From contig OX597822.1 of the NCBI GenBank assembly GCA_951406725.2, positions 62,744,001-62,808,000 of the forward strand: a stretch of 64,000 nucleotides of DNA. The letters are read 5' to 3'. Position 1 is the stretch's first letter. Every line of letters begins with the position of its first letter. Positions 52,371-64,000 of this stretch are shown here, piece after piece. The position numbers and the translations under genes were made by a program. This stretch comes from Octopus vulgaris. Taxonomy: Eukaryota. The notes below the pieces were generated by a model. That model was not told where the DNA came from. It searched no databases and saw nothing but the letters and a program-made list of their open reading frames with translations.

Positions 52371-54282
52371 CTGCCTATAATTCGTTCTCTATAGCTCATG
52401 TCTAATGATTACAGAATCCAAGTGTTAATAACATTATCAAAAGCTTTCTCATTGTCAGTCCCTGTTATGCTCAGACACTCTTTTCTATTTCTACAGTCTT
52501 CGGTTGGTGATTTTACAATCATACAAGCTTTGTCTCTGTCCCTCTGGATGTTAGCCTTTTTGTATTATAGTTTATCTCAAAAAGTATATTTGTAATGATA
52601 GTCCTGGGTCTATGTAAAGTTAAGCGATATATTTGTAGTGTTTAGGGTTTGTCGTTTCTTTAGTTTTAGATGAGTTAAGATGGTTTTCCACTCAGTGAGC
52701 TACTTAAGTTTCCTCTCTGGCACGTTCAGTACATTACTAAACATCTTATTACTAGCAACTTATGTGTCCCTGTGAAATATTTTAACCAGAAGTTTGGAAT
52801 TGTATTCTTACCTAGTGTCTATAGTTTGGGTTACTTCATAAATTGATATTATTCAAGTCCTATATATACATTTGTGATGTCTAATCTTGTACGTGATGAT
52901 TCCTTTTTGCCCCAATACACTTTTGCAGAATTATTCTATATCTTCTATTCGTATTGGATTAAATTCTATTTGTTTTCAACTTGTATTTGATTGAAGTATT
53001 TTGGCTTAAAAATGAACTATTCCTTTCGTTCAACACACTATTTCGCCTCTTCATGCGGACCAGTCCTTGCGGTTTCAAGCTTTCAAATGTTCTCTTCTTT
53101 TCTACTCAGTGCACAAGTATTGCTGACTTGTGGGTTTGTGTGAGATCGCCCCCACCGCCTTCCTATGGCCGAGAATGGGCAGGTAATTTTCTACTGTTTT
53201 GGGGTCTATGGTAAAAGAGGTTTTGTGGCAGACGAGATTGAAAGGATTGAAGACAGTCAGTCCTTATTAGGCCAAGCTTCCATCAACTTTTGCAAGTTCC
53301 AATCTGAAAGGGAAGCGCGAGTGGAGAGAAAAGCGCCACCTACAGGAAATATATAAAAAAAAGTGGGTGAATGTAGCGAGAATGGCTCGGAGGAATGTTC
53401 TATAATCATGCACCTGTAAGCCAAACTATACTTAGAAGAGAAGGACTTGCTTCAATACTCCTCGTGCACAGATTAACTCGAGATTAGAGGAGTTCCTTGG
53501 TCGCCCCTGGATGTTCTTCCCTCTGTTAGGGTATTTTATGGTTATAATTTTCTTGTTAATCGCTATTCTTTTTATTATTTTCACCAGTTTATATAAATCA
53601 TCAGTCCTTTGTCTTTGTAGTGTTCTAAATGTATATAGATATAAACGAACTTATGTCTATTTGTATGTATTTTTTAGAATCCAGTGCTCAGTAGAACAAC
53701 AACAGTATTTCACGTTAGCAGTATGGATTCATGTCTAGTTATATGCACTTTCCACTGATATTAAAATATGAATGCAGTACAGAGTACATTAAGATTTGTT
53801 AAAATACCGCTAATGTAGTTATACTGTAGCAGAATAACGTTTATAGTTAGATTGTATCTTCGATTTCCTTCCATCCTTAATAATGTTTGAAATGTTTATT
53901 CTATACAATATTCTTTCAACATACTTTCAATGTCTTTAATAAAACAGACCCAACGGAAAGGTGAACACAAGTGATTCAGTATTTTCTCATGGACTTATTG
54001 AATATGGTTATTTCTACAGAGCATTCACTTCTTGAAGTAAAGATAAAAATAGATGACAACTCTCAAAGGAGAAAAGTTTACAAGTGCATAACAAAGAATA
54101 TAATTCTTGACAATATTGTATACGGAGACCTCTCTATCTGTGTGAACTTTATACCATTTCAAACACTTCAGAAGAAAATACAATTTCAAAGGAAATAATG
54201 TTATTTCCTGGTTCTCTATAAAATTCCAACAATCAAAGAGCTACTAGTGTTAACTGTGGAATTTCCTCGAGTACTGCTAGAA

Positions 54283-54284
<2 letters not shown>

Positions 54285-54340
<56 letters not shown>

Positions 54341-54375
54341 GCATCATTACCATTATTATTATTATTATTATTAGC
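54285..54375. repeat. (ATT)n microsatellite
   Basis: Directly visible. Confidence 0.95.
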
Positions 54376-56639
54376 ATTATCTCAGTTAAACATTTTTAGT
54401 TAAAAACATCAAGAGATTTTTTTTATTAAAAATTATTTGCTTGCGTCTTGGGGAAGCATTTTTGGTTAACGAAATGTTGAAGACCAACACAAAAGTGTGA
54501 GGTTAACAAAACGGTTGGACGGAAAGATTCCATTGAAATATTCGTGGTTTGCTTGAAAATGTTTAAGATTAATGTGAATATCCAAGGTTTACAAATATTT
54601 CTACTGTTAAAAATCTTCCCAAGTTTAATAAACACAGCATGGAAAATTTCTGATAATATTCACATTTCCCATTAGTATTATTTTATTGAAAGACAAATAT
54701 CTCTTTTGACAGCTAAACTGTCGATGTCTTCACAGAAATTGCGGCGAACCATACAAGTTGTGCTAATTATACATAGTGTGTTTAATGGGATATTCTTTTC
54801 AATATATTTCTAATAGTAAAGGTCTGCTCTTATATCGCGAATGCTGTTGCTTGTGTTGTCCCAATCAAACCGGATTTGTTTATTCATATACGGGCTATCT
54901 AATTCGTGCAAATATTCGCAATGTAAAGGTATATGTTTGTAGTTATTCGCTGCAAGCTATGTTCCATCAGAATATTTGATTTTACTGTAGTTGTAGATCC
55001 AAACCGTTGATGTTTCAAGTTCAAATCGATATTTGGTGAATAATTTGACGTCACCGTTGTCATTGATTTACTGCCTTGTAAATCTATTCTAAACTGATCA
55101 GTTACAATGCTCCCCTACCTCTTGAAAGTTTTCTTCCAGAGCTCAATGTACAGGCAGATAATATCAATCACCTCATTGAATCATTTACAAACATACTGAC
55201 TTGAAAGTGACAAGGGTTTTTGTTAATCCAAATAGGCCTTACTTGCATGTAAAATATCTCGATCACTTCGTCTTATAAAATGTAAAGAATTCGGGAGAGA
55301 TCTGCGCTTTTTTTATTAGAGTATTGCAATTTTTATATCAAGCTGTAGAAATCTGTCGTTCATTTTCTGATATAGACTCAAAACATCTTGTAACTTTCAA
55401 AGTTTCTCCGTTAAGAGTAGTTGTGGAGTATCTAAGTTTGGGAAGGATCCTATAAAAATCTTATTGATAGTCCGGACATCAAATTTAATTGGATTAATCA
55501 ACCTGACTGTTAATATCTTTAAATATTTTAAGTGTTTCAGCTTTAGGGCTGTGGTCATGCTGGGGCAACTTTAAAACCTAACTTACAATCTTCGACAGTG
55601 ATAACATTAGGGCGATGTGATTTTATGTGTGAGTATATCAATCTCGTATAATTTTATTTCTTAATGCATAAATTTATTAGTGTGTGTTTTGAAGTCCTGC
55701 TCTTGGTTGGAAATCAGGATTAGTAATAGATAATACTTTTGGTTTCTTACTGAAAACTTAAGAGTTAAATTGAATTTAGCTTCTTGTATGGTTTAGCAAA
55801 AGCTAGTCTATACCAGCAAAGCTGATTTGCTAGATCTATAACGTCATTTATTTCAGGTAGATAATTGAGGAATGTAAAGTATACTAGCCATCTCAATTTG
55901 GCTAACCACTAAGGGTGGTTGTTACTGTAGCTTTTTAGCCCCATGAGATCATCGTCTCCAGTTGGCTTTAGGCACACTTTCTGCGCTCTTATGATATTTG
56001 CAAAGGGATGTCATCCCCTCTCGTAAACCTAAGTGATACACACGGACTGCAATTTCGAGATTTTTGTCTCTTGTCAACGCACGGTAATCGCCGGTTTTCG
56101 TTGAGGAGAGACCTGTTTGCGAATATCTATTTAATGTTTTTCCCAGTAACCACTGTCACTGATTTCGAAAAACGGTCTGAAAGCAATAATAAATCTCTGA
56201 ACGAGATGTAAACAGTAACCGCTCGACAACGTAAAGTATACTAGCCATCTCAATATGGCTAACCACTAAATGAATAAATAAGAAATTTTTGAAACATGAA
56301 AAATTGTAAACTAAGTTTCAAATAACAGAAGACTGAAAAGAAAATATTTAGAGGCAAACTTTTTTAAAAAATAAAGAAATCAGAATGGTACTAATTCAAT
56401 TACAAAAATTATAAAAATGTTAATTGTTTTTAATAATGTTACAAGCTGTGAAATTTGAAGTAGAATTTATTAAAGTGGACACAATTAGCAGGTGTGTGCG
56501 TAATTTTAACAATTACCGAGGGATAAATGACCTTGGTGGTACTTGAAATCGAGTGCAAGCAGCTGGAATAAAATGAATACCGTCAAGTACTTTTTCGGCG
56601 TTCTAATGTTTTTACTATTTCGCAGCTCTTTTAACTACA

Positions 56640-56860
56640 TGCGCACAGAATGTTGTTTACCTAAATGGACGCCAGTGATTGGTTAAAATTGCCGAAATGC
56701 AAGAAAGTAAAGACGAAATATGTTACAACCTATAGAATTTTCTCAATAAAGCCAAGAGAAAATGATGTTTTATAAACACATTCTACCAGTATAAGAAGTT
56801 TAAAACTTTTTAGTTATCTAGAAATTATGTTACAAAGTGCCGTTCAAAAGGAAAAGATCC
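56640..56860. mobile_element. Single arm of a fold-back element related to 21849-22491
   Basis: GATTGGTTAAAATT..GAAAT, GATGTTTTATA..CACATTCTACCAGT and terminal AAAGATCC are shared with the right arm 22300-22491. Confidence 0.7.
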
Positions 56861-57959
56861 GTAGGTTGTCGTATATTTGTTCATTTTACCTACTTGGCGC
56901 TCCATCGTTTTACGCCTGAAAAGAGGTAAAATTTATTCGATTTTCAAGAATAATAAACAAAAGTTGGAGAGGTAATAAAGATGCAAACAAAGCGTAAAAC
57001 ATTACGATAAATATAATTTCCGTGAGAACTTACATGACATTGGAAACCATTAAAATAAAGGGTGGAGGCGAAAAAAGCACGTACTAATTTATGTGACAAC
57101 CTGATAAATTACTGACTCGTTAAGCAATGTGTTTCGGGTCCATAATGTACTTTCAAGTAAGTCATAAGTTGCCAACCGCCGCTGGTTGTGTGATAATTGA
57201 AGTGAATTAAACAGACAAGACAATTGTAAACAGGTCTCGTCCCTTCTATCTCTTCGACCAAGACCATATAAACAACAGCTGTTTACGTTTGTCCTCTGGC
57301 TTTATATAATTCAGTTTAACCTATGCACAAGCGGTGTCTCGGCTTAGAATTTGTATTTACTCTAATGGACAGTATACACATTACATATTTACATATGTGT
57401 GCGTGTATGTATGTACAAATGTATGCATATAAGTATTACATTATATTTACTTTTCTTGTATACTGTCCCTGTAATGTTTAGTTAATCAGCTTGTTCTGTA
57501 ATGTATCTAATTACTGTTATCGACATTGGTAAATAGGATAGGATAGTCTCCTCATAATGTGTTCGAAACAGCAGAGAAATTTTGTTGCGAGGAACCGAAG
57601 AGAAATATTTGTGTTGTTCTCTAATGTTTATTCGCTTATTCACGTTAGTTTTCGTCTTAATTCATTTTGTCCCTGGTTTCACTTCGTTGAGCATTTATTG
57701 TTATAGTGCTCTTCTAAAATTGTTACAAGTTCAGATCTAGCTTTGAGTTTTCTCTTTCGTACGTTACATAGTGCATGCCTTTTTTCCCCATATAAGATGT
57801 ACATCTATATATATAGACATACATACATACATACATACATACATACACACATACACACATTCACACACATACATACAAACACACATACATACACACACAC
57901 ATACACACACATACATACATATATACATCGTGGTTAAACACAACTGTAACAAAAGTAAA

Positions 57960-59945
57960 ACACAAAATTGATGCAGAAACATTCGCTAAAGCAATAAGCA
58001 AACTACAGAATAAGAAGGCACCTGGAAGGGACCTAATAGTTGGATATTATTACAAGAAGCTGACATTTTATAGAAACCAATTGATATATATGTTCAAAAG
58101 GACTATGGACGGTTAGACTGATATACCAAATTGGCTTGCTACAGCAAGGACAAATCTTGTTGCCAAAAATGAAATCACCGAGAGACAGGAAACTACAGGA
58201 AACTGTACACAAGTGCCTACATCTGGCAAAGGTACCTACTACCTTAATTGCTGCTATAGAGAAACTCACAAAGATATAGACAACTATTTCTACCCTTACA
58301 ACTGAGAACAGAATAATTTTTTCTAATAGTATAGGCATTGCAAAGGGACTATCTCCCTGTACGTCTTTACATTTTGGCAGTGAATCCATTATATTTCCTA
58401 CTGCAAAAGACAAATGGTTATATACGAGGATCTTCAACTGCCAGAAATATCAATGTAACTCATTTTTTTGTAGATGACCTGAAGATTTATGATAAAAGTG
58501 TTAACAATGCCAAAAAACAACTAGAATTAATTACATTTTCAGCTGATATAGGCATGGAATTTGGCCAAAAGGAATGTTCATATCTGTTTATAGAACGAGG
58601 AAAGTCAGTTCCCAAACCCAAATTCTGTGCATCAACCTTCTCTCTATCTCACCCATTCCACACAAAGAATGTTACAAGTACCTAGGCATAGACGAAAACG
58701 TATCATTTGAAGGCACTGTGAATAAAAATAGAGTGAGCCGAGAATATTACACCAGACTTAGGAAAATATGGCAGTCGGAACTCTCCTCTTACAACAGAAC
58801 AGTATCCCACAATACATTTGCAGTACCAGTGCTGATCCCAACACTTGTGATACTTAATTGGTCTGTAGAGGAAATCCACTCCATATATATCAAAACCCGC
58901 AAAATCCTGACAACTGGGAACTTCCACAGAAATACCGATTTCTACCTTAGAAGAAATGAAGGTGGTAGAAGCCTGATATCAGTGCAGACTGCCTTCGAGT
59001 GCCGTATGACATCAATCACGCAGCACCAGCTAAGCAGCATCAGCAAAAATAAATATATTAATGCAGTCCTGAAAAGTGAAGTGAGCAACGTTGTACACGT
59101 TGGCAGTGAACTCAAGAAACACTCACTTCCAGATGATCTCCTATACAGCCCCAAAACAGCTGGGCTCGCTTACCTCAGAGAAGACCTGAATGGAAAGTAC
59201 TCAGCAAAAAACAAAGACCATGCATGGGTATGTTGCCCAGAAGCTTGAAGAAGACAGTAGAATTGACACGAAGCGCAGCCTCTTGAGCACAAGACATTAC
59301 ATCTCACTTTGCAGGCTATGCGTTTGCAATCCAGAAGCAGGAAATTACCACGAAATACCTGGTGAACAAGAGAGACAGTGACGCTTGTAATACCAAGGTG
59401 CAACCGCATGTGTAGGCTATGCCAGGTTTCTGTGGAAGACATTACGCATGTGACCAGCAGCTGTCCTAAAATGTCGTCACGGTACTACCTCCCTATGAGG
59501 CAAGATGTTGTTGCTAAAACAATTTAGAATGCTATCCGCAAAAAAGACTGTCCTGAAATAAACTTAGAAAATCCCTCTGTTATGGAATACATTCATAAAT
59601 ACCAATTCAAGGAATACTAGTGGAATATTCCCATAAAAACTTCGGTCAAATTTAAGCATACCAGGACGGATATCGTTGTTTGAGACGGAAGTGCAAAGGA
59701 ATGTACCATTATAGAGGTTAGCTGCCCTGCAGATATAAATATCTCTTTGAAAATCAAAGGAAAAGAGGGTATCTACGAGTAACTCCTTTGAAACCTTCAG
59801 CTTCTATATCCAGACTATGAATTCATATTCATACCAATAATAATTGGAGCACTAGGTTTTGTTAGTAAATGCTTAAAGGAGAATCTTACAGTGGGATTTT
59901 CAGAAAGATAAACTGACCGGCTGATTCGTACATTAAAATTCCAAA
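57960..59945 (+). pseudogene. R4/Dong-clade non-LTR retrotransposon remnant (RT, CCHC finger, restriction-like endonuclease)
   Basis: KAPGRD, ILAVNPL, HFFVDDLKIY, YKYLG, RNEGGRSL, QEITTKYL, CRLCQVSVEDITHVTSSCPKMSSRYYLPMR, and TDIVV..TIIEVSCPAD. Has frameshifts and an internal deletion. Confidence 0.88.
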
Positions 59946-60018
59946 AGAGACTGATAGAATAAGTACTAGGCTTACAAAGAATAAGTCCTGGGGTCGATTT
60001 GCTCGACTAAAGACGGTG

Positions 60019-60072
<54 letters not shown>

Positions 60073-60414
60073 GACGGGCTTCCTTCAGTTTTTTTTTAAC
60101 TACACGGTCATACTTATATCTTTCAAGCTTGTACTTTTTACCATAAGGAATAATTTAGATAACGATATTCCTAATCACTAAGAATGTATTTTCATTTAAA
60201 TTTCTGGTCTTGCTACATCAAATACAGTAGTGACCATTGTGTTACCAGGTTTTGGTGCAGAATGCGTCTCAGGGTAATTTTTTTCATTTTTTTTATAAGT
60301 GTAGTATACTTTGCTGGATTCAAGCGATTTCACCTGGTCTTTTCACCAAGCGGAGATATAAACGGTAGAAAGCTGGGCTAAGAGTTTTATCATTTTTTAG
60401 TGACACCACTTAGA

Positions 60415-60620
60415 TTCTTTTCTGCTCTAGGCACAAGGTCCGAAATTTTGGAGGAGGGTGCCAGTCGATTAGATCGACTCCAGTATGTATCTGGTACTTA
60501 TTTAATCGATCCCGGAGGGATGAAAGGCAAAGTCGACCTCGGCGGAATTTGAACGTAACGGCAGACGAAATACCGCTAAGCATTTCGCCCGGCGTGCTAA
60601 CGTTTCTGCCAGCTCGCCGC
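60415..60620 (-). mobile_element. SINE family B, single unit
   Basis: Minus strand GCGGCGAGCTGGCAGAAACGTTAGC...GTGCCTAGAGCAGAAAAAGAA. Confidence 0.88.
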
Positions 60621-60860
60621 ATTATAACAATACTTAGATTTCCGAATTCAAGTCCTACCTAGACTGACTTTTGCTTTCAGAATTTCAGGAGACATTTAAA
60701 TTAATACGTAGTTTTATCATTTTGTCACTCATTCATTCTCCCTATTACTAATCTGCGTATTTTTTATTGGAATGAAAGCAAGTGAGACATTTTGCTGTTA
60801 TTGCAAGCAGAACGGATAACCATATACAGGCTCCCTTATTTCTTGCTTGGTACATATATG

Positions 60861-61094
60861 GGATCTTTACCAGATTCAAAAAATAATTTTTTGCAACTAA
60901 ACACTTTCAAACTTCGGACACTGGTAGAATGTGTCATATAAAACATCTTTTATTCATAGCATTTTTGAGAAAAACTTATATTTACGAAGTTATTTCACGT
61001 TAAAGTTGTCCTATTTCGGTAATTTCAACCAATCAATGACGTGTATTCAGCTGAATAAAATTACCGCTGTTGTTTGTCAACAAGAACTTCCGGC
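60861..61094 (+). mobile_element. One arm of the 21849-22491 fold-back family, joined to a family B SINE fragment (61094-61233)
   Basis: Starts GGATCTTTACC and is near-identical to 21880-22095. Confidence 0.88.
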
Positions 61095-61270
61095 TTTGCC
61101 TTTCATCATTTCGGGGTCGATAAATTAAGTACCAGTTACGCATTGAGGTCGATGTAATCGACTTAATCTCTTTGTCTGTTCTTGTTTGTCCCCTCTATGT
61201 TTAGCCCCTTGTGGGCAATAGAGAAATAAGAAATAAATGTTAATATACATGTTAATATAATGTTAATATT

Positions 61271-61432
61271 AGCGCAGGAGTGGCTGTGTGGTAAGTAGCT
61301 TGCTTACCAACCACATGCTTCTGGGTTTAGTCCCATTGCATGGCACCTTGGGCAAGTGTATTCTACTTTAGCCTCGGGCCGGCCAAAGCCTTGTCAGTAG
61401 ACGGAAACTGAAAGAAGCTGGTCGTATATATG

Positions 61433-61467
<35 letters not shown>

Positions 61468-61670
61468 TGTGTATCTGTGTTTGTCCGCCCAACATCGCTT
61501 GACAACCGATGCTGGTGCGTTTAGGCCCCCGTAACTTAGCGGTTGGGCAAAAGGGACCGATAGAATAAGTACTAGGCTTACAACGAATAAATGCTGGGGT
61601 CGATTTGATTCGACTAAAGGCGGTGCTCTAGCATGGCCGCAGACAAATGACTGAAACAAGTAAAAGAATA
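61271..61670 (+). mobile_element. SINE family A, full length
   Basis: GCGCAGGAGTGGCTGTGTGGTAAG head, CACCTTGGGCAAGTG, an internal TA/TG microsatellite and a GACTGAAACAAGTAAAAGA tail. Confidence 0.9.
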
Positions 61671-63809
61671 CAAATAAATAATAAACTTTAAAAAAGAACA
61701 TGAAGTCTTTAAATAACGACGAAGCACGAAAATCAATAACGTTCTTTGTATATCTTTACAATAACTATTATATTATTCACAGCTTACATTCAATATCTAC
61801 CTGTAGTCTTAAGTTTCTAATCAAGTGTATGATTAAATGGGAGATACCAATAAAATTGCCTCTCTTTATGTTATAGTAGATCTTTATTTATTTTCTTTCT
61901 TGTGTGTTTAAATAATTGGTTTTGTATATAGATTGAACACCTCAATTTCAAATAAGCCATGCAAAATAAGTTTATGCTGACTATTTTGTTTTAGTCAAAG
62001 AAATTAGGAATCCAAACAAGTCAGATGAAATTGTTGAAATCGAGAATTTATGTGTAGTCGATCATTCAGATCTAGATATGCTTAAATTTACCTTGCTTTT
62101 CTTTGTCCAAACAATGTTTTGCTGAACAATTTTGATAAAACACAAAACTGTTTTATGTGTTGGTATTCTCAGCTGGAAGAATACTAATGTGGTCTTAGAT
62201 AAATTGTGTTCCAAAAAATGACGTGATTGCCACATCTAAAATATCTTTGATTCTAAGACCTCTCGATAAAGAAAAATTTGCATTTAAACCACAACCACTA
62301 TCTCTAAACGAAAACTAAAACCTCTATCGCATCACTTTATCTGTTAGAAATATCAGCTACATCTGTCTCAAATCAGTCCCTACCATTTTGAAGAAGCATG
62401 TATTAGGCAATGTAAATACAGACTATATGAAAGGACAGTCACATGTTGAAGCCCTTCGTTTATATCCCAGTTTCAAAGGAGATGACTTGAGATTAGCAAT
62501 AACAAAACTACTACTAAACAGTTTTGTAAAAATTCCTAAATATGGTTTTATTCTGTGGGAATATCGCTATTTGGTCCATGAAAAATACAAGGATGAGACA
62601 TTAAATTATCTGCAACGACCTTAGAACTTCTCATATTGGCAGTTGAATGACTTATGCGTGCATCGATAAAGATGGTTTCTCTTTTAGTTATTATGATGCA
62701 GGCTTGGACTGGAAACGTTAAGAAGTTATTGTGTTCATTATGGCTGTCTGTGTTTCGTTTATTTCAAAGAAGAATAGATTTCAATAATCAGTTTCCGTTC
62801 TAGTTTTTAACGTTATTTTTAATTTATTACAACAATAGAGATATTAAAACTTCATTCTTTAATATAATACTTTTGCTTTTCGACACACTTAGTCAGTCTT
62901 CACACAATTTTCACTATGAAAAGCAAATGTTTTTGACGGCATAAAGAAGCCTGCGCGAAAATGGACCAATTGTGTTGAGAAGCAATATCTCTATTGTTAG
63001 ACTTTCATTGTTGTAATAAATTAGAAAAGTTATTAATGAAGAAACCCCTTCCCTTTTTGGAGTAGACGGAAAACGGAGCAGCCAGGTTAATATTGTAACA
63101 ACTTAATTTGTGTTTCAAGAGCAAGTCTGCATCGAAGAAGCTCAAAGTAGACCACGTCTAGAGATGCAGCTCATAGAAAACAGATTATTGAATGTTATTA
63201 TTTTTCGCTGGGGTAACCGGAAGCAGAACGACAATGGTTAGTAATAATAACGGCAATATAACTAACGTATCTAGTCCAAGTGACTTGAAGGACAATAAGA
63301 AAAGTTAGTATGTTTTGTGTATAATCAACGACGTTTTCTTCACCAGTACACAGGTAGCCACGGTTGAAGGTTTAATCCTAAAACGTCAATATTCTTTGCT
63401 CCGTACGACAGAGGTACTCCATTGTATAAGGTTGATTAATTTTGGAGTATACTGACGATCAAGTGATTAAGTGATCAGAATAAAATATACGATGCCGTTG
63501 TAGTTGTTATTGAGAATTAGATCATCTTTGTTCTACGTTTCAGTCGAGACTATATCTCGTCTTTTAATGGCATGTAGTGACTAAAATTTGTTCATCCTTT
63601 AACATACTAGGGTATCATTTCAAAGATATTTGACTGAGACCTCCATTGAGGCTTCTCCATATTTTTATAATATGTAGTTTAGCTCTCATATGAGCCCTGA
63701 TTTAAACTGATCTATTCCCCAAAAGCGCTCCGGTCCTGACCATCCTCTTTATTTAAGAAGAAATGATTAATTCTGGGCTACATTTTCTAGTATATTAAGA
63801 CAATCCCAG

Positions 63810-64000
63810 TCGGGACCTCCTTCGGTCACGACACTGACCATGGGATTGCACCTAGAAAGTTACCCCCCTAGTCACAAGTCTGGACAAAGTGGTTTATAGA
63901 AGACCAGTAGTCGCCCATGCATACCGGCCTCCCCTCTCCACGCCACCAGTGTTATCCAAGGGAAAGGCAGCAGCCGATACAGCTTGGCACCCGTGACGTC
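63810..64000 (-). mobile_element. Probable 3' part of another SINE-like repeat, running off the window
   Basis: Abrupt GC-rich segment with no ORF that resembles retroposon tails as I recall them. Not verifiable within the window. Confidence 0.35.

Noticed and set aside
62388-62624. 78-aa ORF of ordinary composition as a possible host exon
   Set aside because: No recognisable motif and no convincing splice sites or neighbouring exons; cannot be supported without a homology search.

Overview
AT-rich, repeat-saturated animal DNA with no host protein-coding gene that I can support. The SINE families and microsatellite load suggest a cephalopod, probably Octopus (inference from recalled repeat families, not a database result). 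Main contents: (1) a diverged tandem duplication at ~0.1-9.1 kb whose two copies carry different later insertions; (2) in copy 1, a rearranged CsRn1-like Ty3/Gypsy element (5' LTR, duplicated tRNA-Trp PBS, inverted pol fragment, RT deleted, 3' LTR lost); (3) in copy 2, a (TA)n-inserted inverted-repeat element carrying two minimal type I hammerhead ribozymes, resembling Penelope-like terminal repeats; (4) Tc1, mariner, hAT (KIAA1586-like), Helitron and MITE remnants, including a fold-back element with a TTAGGG-like core; (5) decayed R4/Dong, L1/Tx1, RTE and CR1-group LINE fragments; (6) three abundant tRNA-type SINE families and many microsatellites. The best candidate for an under-described system is the set of hammerhead-bearing, TA-targeted fold-back elements. 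All calls were made by eye, and the boundaries of degraded elements are approximate.
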